From assembly GCF_016432865.1 (NCBI RefSeq), contig NC_067401.1:111166001-111230000 (forward strand): a stretch of 64,000 bases of DNA, in the 5' to 3' direction. Within the stretch, counting starts at the first letter, position 1; the number at the start of each line of letters is the position of its first letter. This stretch comes from Antechinus flavipes. Taxonomy: Eukaryota. Shown piece by piece: positions 43,401-53,671 of the stretch. The position numbers were made by a program, and so were the translations under genes. Below the pieces are notes generated by a model, which saw only the letters and a list, made by a program, of their open reading frames with translations, did not search any database and was not told the origin of the DNA.

Positions 43401-44456
43401 TCACACCTGACGGAGTTTGCACCACCCCCAACTCCCATGGTGGATCACCTGGTGGCATCCAACCCATTTGAGGATGACTTTGGGGCCCCCAAAGTTGGGG
43501 GGGCAGCTCCTCCTTTCCTTGGCAGCCCTGTGCCCTTTGGTGGATTTCGTGTGCAAGGGGGCATGGCAGGCCAGGTGCCCCCAGGCTATGGTGGTGGAGG
43601 TGGAGGTGGGCCTCAACCACTCCGAAGACAGCCTCCTCCTTTTCCTCCCAATCCAATGGGCCCTGCCTTCAATATGCCCCCTCAGGGCCCTGGGTACCCA
43701 CCTCCAGGTAACATGAACTTCTCCAGCCAGCCCTTTAACCAGCCCTTGGGCCAGAACTTTAGCCCTCCTGGGGGACAAATGATGCCAGGCCCTGTGGGAG
43801 GGTTTGGACCCATGATTTCACCTACTATGGGGCAGCCACCCAGAGGGGAGCTGGGCCCTCCCTCCCTTCCCCAACGATTTGCCCAGCCAGGTGCTCCCTT
43901 TGGGCCCTCACCTCTTCAGCGACCTGGTCAAGGGCTCCCAAGTCTGCCTCCTAACACGAGCCCCTTCCCTGGTCCTGATCCTGGTTTCCCTGGTCCTGGA
44001 GGAGAGGATGGAGGGAAGCCCCTAAATCCTCCTGCAGCAACTGCCTTCCCCCAGGAGCCTCATTCGGGCTCACCTGCTGCTGCTGTCAACGGCAATCAGC
44101 CCAGTTTTCCCCAGAACAGTGGTGGTCGGGGTGGGGGCACCCCAGATGCCAACAGCCTGGCACCTCCCAGTAAGACAGGTGGGGCATCAGGGCACCAGCC
44201 CCCTCCGGGCTTGGTGTACCCATGTGGGGCATGCCGGAGCGAAGTGAATGATGACCAGGACGCCATTTTGTGTGAGGCGTCATGTCAGAAGTGGTTCCAT
44301 CGAGAATGTACTGGCATGACAGAGAATGCCTATGGGCTGCTGACCACCGAAGCTTCGGCCGTCTGGGCCTGTGATTTCTGCCTCAAGACCAAGGAGATCC
44401 AGTCGGTCTACATCCGAGAAGGCATGGGGCAACTAGTGGCTGCCAATGATGGGTGA
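40439..44456 (+). CDS. PYGO2: Pygopus homolog 2, 406 aa
   Basis: Exons 40439-40541, 42859-42908, 43389-44456 (1221 nt). NLS KKRRK, NHD motif NPFEDDF, C-terminal PHD finger (CGAC...CEASCQKWFHREC...CDFC). Confidence 0.98.
41190..41420 (-). mobile_element. L2 fragment
   Basis: atatgccagggacttggcta...ggaaggcctcctaaagatggtaggctttgagc. Confidence 0.6.
41430..42255 (-). mobile_element. Old marsupial L1 3' fragment, antisense in PYGO2 intron 1
   Basis: Reverse L1 features: tgaagtcatgcaaaacatatttcc..., gtttgtatttctctaatcaatag...tcttctgaaaattgcctgttcatattttttgacc. Confidence 0.75.
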
Positions 44457-45353
44457 CGTGGACAGAGGCAGCGTGGGACCAGGCGATCTCCTGGAAGACC
44501 ATGGACCTTTCCTCTCGTGGCTCTTGGTCCCGGCTCTCCACTCGGGCTGGGAGGAAGTATAGTGACTCCTGGGGCTGAGAGAAGGGATTTACTGAGCAAG
44601 GGAATTCCTAGATCTTTCTCTTTTTGAAACCTGTGCCTGAAGGGCTAAGAAAGAGTCCCCTGGGAGCCTCGTTGAACAGTGCCATTCTCTGATTGTCTAG
44701 CGTGTCTTAAAGAGGAAAGGCTAGAGGGGTAGGATATTGAGTGGACATTATTGGTTAGGGGCTGCATTTCTTTACTGATGCCAGATGCCTTATAGTATCT
44801 GCCTAACACTCCTACCCAGTCTCACTCTGAGGGATAAACTCCTGAATGTTTTTCCCCCTCTGCCCAGAGGTAGTTGTCAGGGTTTTTCCCCATTCCTTCA
44901 GTGGTCTCCCATGGGGTTTTAGCCCAGTGCAGAAGACAGTATTAACCAATGAATGGAACCAGTTGGTAGGGGTCATCCATTTTTTTTCTAACTATTCCCT
45001 TCCCACTGGCCTCCCTCCTCTGGAACCAAAAGGCTTTGAGGAAACTAGATGAAGGTCTGAACCACAGCAGATTCCTGGAGATTTTGGTGACAGCAAGGTG
45101 AAAGATGGTGTTCTTGAGCTTGTTCCCTCCTCATACCAAAGTCACAGGTCCCTCCCTCCCTAGTTCCAGTCTTTTCATCTGGTCCATGTCATGCTTCCTC
45201 ACCCCTGACATTTTGTACATCTCATAGACATTAATCATTTTTCTCAAATCTGCCCTTTTTATCTATAGCACCTGTGTCTGCTATACTGAGAGCTGAAGAA
45301 AAGAGTAGAAATCCCAACAATTTTCTCAGTCATTTATTTCAGGTGTTCTTATA

Positions 45354-46013
45354 AATAAAGGATAAAAGTGAAAGTTATGTCTTACCCCTTTGGAGGGGGC
45401 AGGGTTGCTCCCCATCCTGGGATCCTTATAGGAGGAGGAAAGAATTGGATATTTTCATATTTTTCCCCAGGATTTCCCAAGGCTTAAGTGATCCAGCAAT
45501 TTAAAATCTGAATCTTCTGATAAAACCACTTGGCTGATGGAGATGGTTGGCTGCTCAGCATGGGGCCTCTCTGCTTAGCCCCTGCTGCTTCTGAGTTACG
45601 TGGGTATCCTACTTGCCCTTTTCCCACCCAGATGAAACCCTCAGCTTGCAGCTCAGCTCCCCCTTAGTGATTGGGGGTGAGATTTAGTCATCTGGAAGGA
45701 ATCAGCAGCCTCTAGCTGTCAGTACTCCTTTAGCTGAGGAGGGAAGAATGGAAAAGGGCCAAGGTACATTTTTTCCCCTGCACCCTAGCAGCTTTCCCTG
45801 TTCCAGAGCACTTGGATGAGATAATTCCAAGGCAAGGGGACTGGGCATCTCAGTTTCTTGTCTGGTTTTTTTGCTAATGCTCAAAGCTCTTAATTCCTGA
45901 ACAGAGTGGACCAGTGTTCCCATCCCTTTTTCCCTGGGTGGGGGGAATAAAAAAAAACAAACATGAAAAGTAACTGAGCACGGATAGACAACCACACATT
46001 AAATTTTGTGTTG
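45354..46013 (+). terminator. PYGO2 candidate polyadenylation signals
   Basis: AATAAA 45354-45359, AATAAA 45946-45951, ATTAAA 46008-46013 followed by GU-rich sequence. Confidence 0.55.
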
Positions 46014-46763
46014 TTTTGGTTTGCCTCTGATGTCCCTATTATCTATTGCTATTTTTGTGCATTCCTCCCCTGCCCTGTTTTCTTCTTTCCCTGTTTTGTA
46101 AAGAGCTACTCCCTCTATCTACTAAGAGTAGGGTAAAGGGGGCCGAGATGGATTGGCATTGGTGGGGGCCTTTGGTCTTTTTGTATGGTTGGATTTATAA
46201 AGTGACTTGAAAAACCATGTTGGATACCTGACTTGTGTTTGGGAGAATAGCGGGTGGGCTGCCTCTATTAACACTTAACTTCTCTGAGGGCTCCGATATC
46301 CATGTGCTCGCTCACTCCACCTTCTTGTTGGGGAACAATGTGGGGCGACTGATTTCTCACACTGCCTCGGGGTCTCTCCCGGGAGCTGGGAACTGCCTGC
46401 ACCAGCCTGGCTGAGCGAGTGAAAGCCTGGTTAGAGGGGGCTCCCAAGGGGCAGGGGAGACGCCAGAAGCCTGCCCCGTCCCCGCCCGTCCAGGTCGTGA
46501 GAAATGGACTGCGAGTTTCCTTTCTGGGCTAGTTCCGGGGCTGGGCCTCGAGCCAAGGCTTTGATGCCGAGGCCCCGGAGGCGAAGGGAGAGATTCGGTT
46601 CTGCAGCGCCGAGAGGGGGAAGGGAGGGGCGGAGCGCTACCTATCTGGCCGCAGCTGCCCCTGTCCATCCCGAACAGATCAATCTTAGGGCGCTGGCTCG
46701 GGGCTTGGGCCCGGAAGGCTATCGTCTGCAAGCCCCGAGGCCCCTGTCCGAACTAACTGACGC

Positions 46764-46798
46764 GGGCCGGGGCCGGGGCCGGGGCTGGGGCTGGGGCT
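46764..46798 (+). repeat. GGGGCC/GGGGCT hexamer array
   Basis: gggcc (ggggcc)2 (ggggct)3: six G-tracts. Confidence 0.9.
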
Positions 46799-46799
46799 G

Positions 46800-47040
46800 C
46801 GGCTGAGAGAGGTGCTCGAGGTCCGCTCTCGACCTTCCTTCCCGCCGCAGCCTGAGTCTCTATGGCCCAGCCGCCTCACCCCCCTTTCCCATTGGTGCAA
46901 AGTTTTTCCCCCTGGCGAGGGAGCCGCTTCCCTATTGGTCTTTGTGGTGTCACGTGTCCCTTCCTCCACGAGAGGTCGGAAACTCGGGGATCCGGGAGCA
47001 AGTTCAGTCGAAGACCGAGCCCACCCCGGAGCTAGCTCAG
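46800..47040 (+). promoter_or_regulatory. PBXIP1: PBXIP1 CpG-island promoter and non-coding exon 1
   Basis: ATTGG at 46891 and 46934, GTCACGTG at 46949-46956, donor CAG|GTAACG at 47040. Confidence 0.7.
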
Positions 47041-47429
47041 GTAACGTCCCCAGAGTGGGGGGCGAGGGGTGGGAAAGAGTGGGGAGCCCGGGGGCATCCG
47101 CTGGCAGGTCTGGAGGGGCGGGTTCTACTCAAGATCCACCACCCTCGCACGGTGGTCTTCCCCGTGGGCGGAGTGGAGAGAATGCGGCCGGCCTGGCCCG
47201 AAGACCCGGGGACGGAGAGATTGACGGAGGCTACAGGTGAAGCCGTCCGACCCCGTCCGCCGCGGCGGGGAGAGCCGTCCCCGTCTCTCCCTTCGTCCGG
47301 AAACGGTCTGTTAGGTGTTTGGTCGGAGGAGGGCGGTTAGAGAGGCAAGCAGGGCTCATGGCTTCCACCGCCCCTTCCCAAAGAGACGGGGCAGGTGGAG
47401 GGTCGGTGAGCCGTACTGCGGAAGACCTG

Positions 47430-47870
47430 AGTTCGAGGCCTGCCGCAGACACTTAGCCGTGTGATCCCGCCTGGGCAAGTCACTTCGCTGATCTCTCCCT
47501 CAGTTTCCCCGTTTGTAAAGTGGGTGTAATCCTGTCCCTTACAGACAATAGTTGTAAAACACTTTGCAGATCTTTAAAGGGTGGGGTGGGAGTGGAGAGA
47601 GCAAGATCATCCGCTATTGTCTGAGTCAGAAGGGAGGAAGAAAATAGATATTCCTGTCAATTAGGGAGGAATAGAGGTTTAATTATGCTTACAGTTGACA
47701 CATAGCACTTTAAAGTTTGCAGAGCTCATTTCATTTCTTCCTCACCCTAACCCAGTGGCGAAGGCACAACAAAGTATTTTTATCCCCATTTTACAGATGA
47801 AAAAACTGAGTCTTGGAAGTAATTTTTCCATAGCTATTAAGTGTGCATTTGGATACAAACTTTCCAACTT
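47430..47870. mobile_element. Two MIR copies (+ at about 47430-47560, - at about 47700-47870)
   Basis: gacctgagttcgagg...gggcaagtcactt...cagtttccccgtttgtaaag; atccccattttacagatgaaaaaactgag. Confidence 0.8.
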
Positions 47871-48439
47871 CAAACCGGGGGCTTTTATCGTGCTGCCTCA
47901 GAAGTTAGCAGAAGGAACTTAGAGTGTAGAATTCTTGGAGATCTTAGAAATTTTACAGATGAAGAAACAGACCCAAAATGGGAGTGGGATTTTTCTCTGG
48001 ATGCTGGTACAGAACGGAGAACCCTAGGGATCCCAGAAGGCTGATGCAAGATGTGCCGGGTCCTGGGAACCCAGGATGCTTGGGTATGAGCCCTTTTCTT
48101 GGCTGGGTCTCCCCAGGGTGGGAGAGAATGTTTTGATGACCTAAATACTAGTCCTCATCCCCATGGTGACAGTGGGCCTGACATCACCTTGGTTACCATG
48201 GAAGTCATCGCTGGGGGACTTGAGCATGCTGTACCAGAATGAGGGGTAAACAGAGACTTTACCAGTGGCTTTCACTTCCTTCCTGTTACTGCCTGTCAAC
48301 AATCTTACCTAGTAACTAAGAGGCCTGTAGCAGCTGGCTTGCAGATATAAAAGAGAGAGCTGGGAGGTGGAAGAAAGAGATTAGGGATTTGCAAAATGTT
48401 TACCACACACTACACCACTAACCCGTGTAGTGAGCAAAA

Positions 48440-49110
48440 CACTGGTTCTGGAGAGAGATAAAAGTTCAGATGAAGTCCCTGCTTTCCATAGGCATAGGAC
48501 ATATAACTTGTATTATTTCATAATATGGTACTTGTGTAAATTGTGGTGTGAAATCTGGGGAGGAGGGAGAGAGGAAAAAGAGGAATTAGAGAAGACTTGG
48601 TGGAAGAGATGGCATTTGAGCTGGACTTAAAGAATGAGTAGGATTTCAGGAGGTGGACAGAGATGGAAAAGGGTGGTGGCGCTGGGAGCATAAAGAGCAT
48701 TACATTAGCATCTTCATGGTGGAAGGGAAAAAAGGGCCTAAAGAGTTCAATTTAGAATTTGTATTACTTCCTACACAGACTTGGTGAAGGAAGGGTTTCT
48801 AGGATTTATGGGAGGGAAGAGAAGAGGCAAAGTTACAACCTGAGTTATGGACATGGAAGACTGAGATTTGGAAGGTGGGCTCCAGTGGAGTGCCCCAGCA
48901 ATCCATTCTTGTGCATATGTTTTTAACATTTTTAACAGTGACTTGAACAATAGCATAAATGAAATGTTCCATCAAGCTTCCAGATGAAGAGTTGAGAAGT
49001 GATAGTGATGAGATCTTGAAGGCTTGGCAGAGAAAAACTGAAGTACTGATAAGATTGCTCCTTGAAATGAGCAGGAAAGGGCATTGATGTAGATAAGTTC
49101 AATTTTATAG
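48440..49110 (-). mobile_element. L2 relic
   Basis: Purine-rich reverse L2: ggaagagatggcatttgagctggacttaaagaatgagtaggattt. Confidence 0.7.
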
Positions 49111-49699
49111 TCCCACCCTCTGTGGTGAGTAGCCCCATTTTGCTCTGTCCTGTCAGAAATCCAAGTTATATCAAAGTCCTGAGGTTAAATTTCCCCTATA
49201 AGTCTGTGGTCCGTACCATCTTTGCTGACTCCCTTTTGGGGTTAGCCTGCCCTCTCCCATGCCTCATGATGTCTTTCTCCTTATAACAAACTAGCTCTTT
49301 TAGGGTTCTAAATCACCTTATAGATTTAACCTGCCAGTCAGTCATTGTAGTTGGTTTGTCCTTCTCCCGAAGAGAACCATGACATCAGGGAGGTGACATG
49401 AAAATGAATGGATTAACACGGAACACTTCCTAGTTGTGTGACCCTGGACAAGTCATTTCACTCCAGTTGCCAGGAAGGAAGGAAGGAACTTCTTTCTTTG
49501 GTAACCCCATTGCTCTCCCAATTCCATTTCATATTTACCACTCCTTCTGTCTGTTGTATCCCTACATTTGGTCTGTCACGTTTCCTCTTAAATAAGCCTA
49601 CCTTTTGCCAGAAAGAATGACCATTGTGAATTCTTCACATGACCAAACCCTAATATATGGTACCTGAACGTCAGTCTCAGCATTTGTGCTGAACCCTAA

Positions 49700-50520
49700 C
49701 GACGTCAATAGTATACAGATGATAGAATTGGTATCCAAATGATTTGGGACAGACTAGAAAGATAGGCAAAATCTATGATGGTAGAATTTGTAAATAAATA
49801 TTAAGTCTCACCTGTGTTAAAAAGAAAAAAAAATCAGCTACATAAGTATACCATGACAGAATTTGGCCTTACCAACAATTAGTATGAAAATGAACTCGGA
49901 ATTTTAGGGGAAAAACAAGAAGAAAGAAAGGGAATAAGCATCATAGAGCCTCCATCCCAGTGCCAGGCTCTATCCTAAGCAGTTTACAAATATTATTGTA
50001 CAAGACTATTATTAACTCAACATGAGTCAACAGTATAATATGGCAGGAAAAAAAATCTGACCTGAATTTGTGGTTCTTATTCAATTGTGTTCTACTCTTT
50101 GTGACACCATTTGGGGTTTTCTTGGCAAAGATACTGGAGCGGTTTACCATTTCTTTCTTCAGCTCATTTTACAGAGGAGGAAACTGAGGCAAACAAGGTT
50201 AAATGACCTGCCTAGGGTCACACAGCTGTTAAGTATGTGAGGCTGGATTTGAGCTCTGGTCTTCCTGACTCTGGGCCCAGTGTTCTATCCACTGTGCCAC
50301 CCGGCTTCCCATCTTGAATTTAGGCTGAATTAATGGCAACAGTAGTATTCAGACAAGGCTTTGGATAGTCCTGTTGTGCTCTGCCTGACGGAACCACAGT
50401 ATTTATTTCTGGTGCTGTATTGAAGAAGGATCATGACACATTAGAGTGTGGATGTCCAAGAGAGGATGACCAGGATAATGAGAGTACAGGAGCATAGGAA
50501 GATTGTACCTCAAGCAGAGG
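49700..50520 (+). mobile_element. L3/CR1 relic interrupted by a MIR-like piece and MAR1
   Basis: CR1 hallmarks: tccaaatgatttgggacagactagaaag, ctcaacatgagtcaacag...ggcag, gtccaagagaggatgaccagg. Confidence 0.65.
50075..50305 (-). mobile_element. MAR1 marsupial SINE
   Basis: gtgacaccatttggggttttcttggcaaagatactggagcggtttaccatttc...cattttacagaggaggaaactgaggcaaac. Confidence 0.85.
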
Positions 50521-50529
50521 AGCACTTAA

Positions 50530-51200
50530 ATACTAGTTGATTGATAGGTCTGTTGATCAGCTACTGGAGCTTCAAGGTAACTTGGGGATAGCAGAGGAGA
50601 GATATGGGAGTGTGTACATGGGTGATAGCCAAAACCATGGTTACAAATGAGATTAGGAGTCTCAGTAGAGAAAAAAAGAGTACAGGGCTGGGGACTGAAT
50701 GTTAGTGATCACCCCCCATGAAGGGTAGGTATGAAGACTGGAACTTTGTGGAATTGGAATAGTGAGGAAGTTGGGAAGAAAACAGAAGGGTGGAATGTCT
50801 GAAGCAGAAGCAAGGAGAGATAGTTTGCAGAGAGGTCAAGAAGGATGTGGCCTGAAAAGTGATAAGGTACCTGGTGACCTGAGAGAGGAGTTTTAAGTGG
50901 AGCTGGATGTGGTGAGGCAGTAGAAACTTCAGGTTTTTCAAGAATTCTGGCAGAGAAGGGGTGGTATGTCAGAAAGAAATGACATAGCTAGATGGATTTG
51001 AAAGATTAAACAAAGCCTTTTGTAGGATTGGGGGGAACCTAGTAGGCACCATGGGAAAGAGCCAGTGGTAGGGGAGAGATTGAAAATGCATGAAAAAGGA
51101 TATAATTGGCTAAGCAAGGATTGAGGAGGAGTGAGAAGAGAAAAGAGAAAGATCGGCACCGGAGCTGAAGAGAAATCTGTAGGAGTTTAAAAAATCTGGA
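50530..51200 (-). mobile_element. L2 relic
   Basis: ttgggagtg...tgggtgatagccaaaaccatggttacaaatgagatt; purine-rich reverse L2. Confidence 0.7.
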
Positions 51201-51739
51201 TTGAATTTTGAGAAATTCTAGCAACCATCCTCTGTCCCCATGAAGGCCCTAAACCTGCTTAGACATGGAGCAGTGGGATTGAAATCATTTATTGCTTTTA
51301 AAGGTGAAATTGCTGTTCCTTTGTTCCATTTAGTCTAAAGTTTCTTCATAGTGAAATCATTCTTGGGGGTGAGTGGGTGGATGGTGGTGGTTAGTTTTAG
51401 CCTCTCCTATTATAGTTTCAGGAAGCTTTAATAGAACAGCCACTGCCCTGTGTCCCTGCTTTTCCCTGCAGGTACTTATTTTGAGATAAGAAGTTGTATG
51501 ATCTTTGTCTCTTTTCTTTCTCTAAGATCTTAGGCAGATTGCCCCAGGGCCTCAATTTCCTCATTTGTAAAAAAGGGGTTCCTGGCTTAGGTGATATCTA
51601 AGATCTTTTCCATTTGAGTGATAAGTGACTGCAAGCGGCATGTTTTATTGTAAAAGTTCAAATCTGATAAATAATAGCCTAAAAGGAGTACAGTTTTCAA
51701 ATCTTGCTTAAGACACAAAACTACTTTGTCAGGCAGAGC

Positions 51740-51865
51740 TGAGTTCAAAGGCAGCCTCTGTCACAGTGGGCAAGCCCCTTAGCCTGTCATTTGCCTCAGT
51801 TCCTCATTTGTAAAATGAACTAGAGAAGGAAATGGCCAACTACTCCATTATCTCTGCCAAGAAAG
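51740..51865 (+). mobile_element. MAR1/MIR fragment
   Basis: cctcagttcctcatttgtaaaatgaactagagaaggaaatggccaactactcc...tctctgccaagaaa. Confidence 0.7.
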
Positions 51866-53671
51866 TAATGAATAATAAGGAGCCACTGAATATTAGCCCC
51901 CATTGATTTAGCATCTTATGGTTTTTAGAGCACTTTTCTCATGATACCCACTTTACCAGTTAAGGAAACTGAAGTTCGTAGAGGTAAATTCATTTGCCCC
52001 GAGTCCACTCAGTTTGTGCCATGCTTGGATTTGAATTCTCCTCTCTTGTCTACAAATCCAGCCCTTTGGGGGAAGGGGAATGCTATGAAATTAGAAAGCT
52101 GGAGCTTGGAAGAGTGAGAGATCCAGGAAAGACACATTCCCCCAAGGCTTCAAGATTGAGGATTGAGGAAGTGACTAGCCAGAGGAATCTGGATGAAGTT
52201 TAGGTCTGTGATGGCTGGGGAAGGTGAAAAATGAAATAACTGAGGAAGAGGTTGGAACTTCCAGACAATCGATTTTTTAGCACTGTTTGCCATTTGCTAA
52301 TCGGCAGCAGACCTCCTCAGCTGGGACCTCCTATACAGAGGAAGACAGTTTTATGCATTCAAAGATAACAATATGCAGGATACAAAGTAGGATATATAAT
52401 TAGGTCATCTGATTCTAACTGGAGGAAGGGTTGGGGGCTTTCTGAGTTGGGAGAAGGAAGGCCAAAAGGTGCAACCCCCTGGTATCAGAAAAAAGAGATG
52501 TCCCCTCCCCCCAGGTGTCTGTATTCCGTCGAGAACATGGAACCAGTAACTGATTAACCAGCACGGGGTTGGTTTTCAGATAAGACACATGGGTCTCTTG
52601 AGATGTATAATTGTGAGAAAACTCCTCGCATCAGGCTTTGGATCTGACCCGGCTTCTGGTCAGCATAAGCTGGGCCTTAGTTAAAGATCTTCAAGGGGCA
52701 GGCAGAGAGAGCTAGGCAGGGCTGGTTTAAACAATGCAGTGAGATTTTCTCTCTATCTCCGCAACTGAATAAAGTTTTTTTCACAAGACCGAAGTTGAAC
52801 TAGTCCATAATTGAATAGGAAGGGGACTGGGCTAACTCTAGAACTGAGCCACAAGATGGAGTGGCTGTAGTTCTTACGTATTTGGGAGGGGAGAAGGGTG
52901 GAAAGTGGGGGCGTGGGAGGAGGGAGCAGCATGGTAAAGGCAAGAGAGCTTTCCCTGCTGGGGGAGTGTGCCTGAAAGTAGAGGGGACCAGCTGCAGAGA
53001 TGTGGAGCAGGGAGGGATCTTGGAGGTCCCTTACGTCGCTCCCCACCCTTTATAGAAGGGTAGGTCCAAGCCAGAGAATGCTAAGTAGCTGAATTAGGAT
53101 TCGCACTCAGGGCCCCCAGCTGTACCGTGTTGCCTTCTCCTAATTGTGTTACTCTGGTGAGGGAGAGGCTGGGAGCATAGATAAGGAGAGAAAATTGGTT
53201 TAGTGAGAAAAGTACCAGGACACAGGAAACCAGGCCTCTTATCCCTGAGCGGGACCTTCGGTGACTCACTCCCCCAGCCTCCCTGGGCTACAGTTTCAAC
53301 TGTAAAAATGAAGGAGAATTGAACTGAATGGTCCCTGAGATCTCTTCCTGCCCTGAAGTTCTGTGTCGTTTCAAGGTCATTCCCCATTCCTGCCAGCCAG
53401 CCAATCCCCAGGAGAGGCATATTCTTTTGTGGACATTTGCAAATACTCATTTGCAAGTCAAATGTTGCCCACTAGTTGGTAGCTTTGGCCTTTGAAGAAC
53501 CCAAAGTAGGGCAGGGTCTTGGTGCTGGACAGTGCATTCTGCGGCCCTCTCTCCCCCCCCCCCCCCCCAGGTCTTCTTCCCTTCATCTCAAGGTGGTCCC
53601 TAAGGGTGCTTCCCTTTCTAAGCCCTCTTCTCTGCAGGCGGTGTCTACTGAGGTCCTCCAGGTGGCCAGGA

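Noticed and set aside
46880-46960. ER stress element (CCAAT-N9-CCACG) in the PBXIP1 promoter
   Set aside because: Neither CCAAT box has CCACG at the required spacing.
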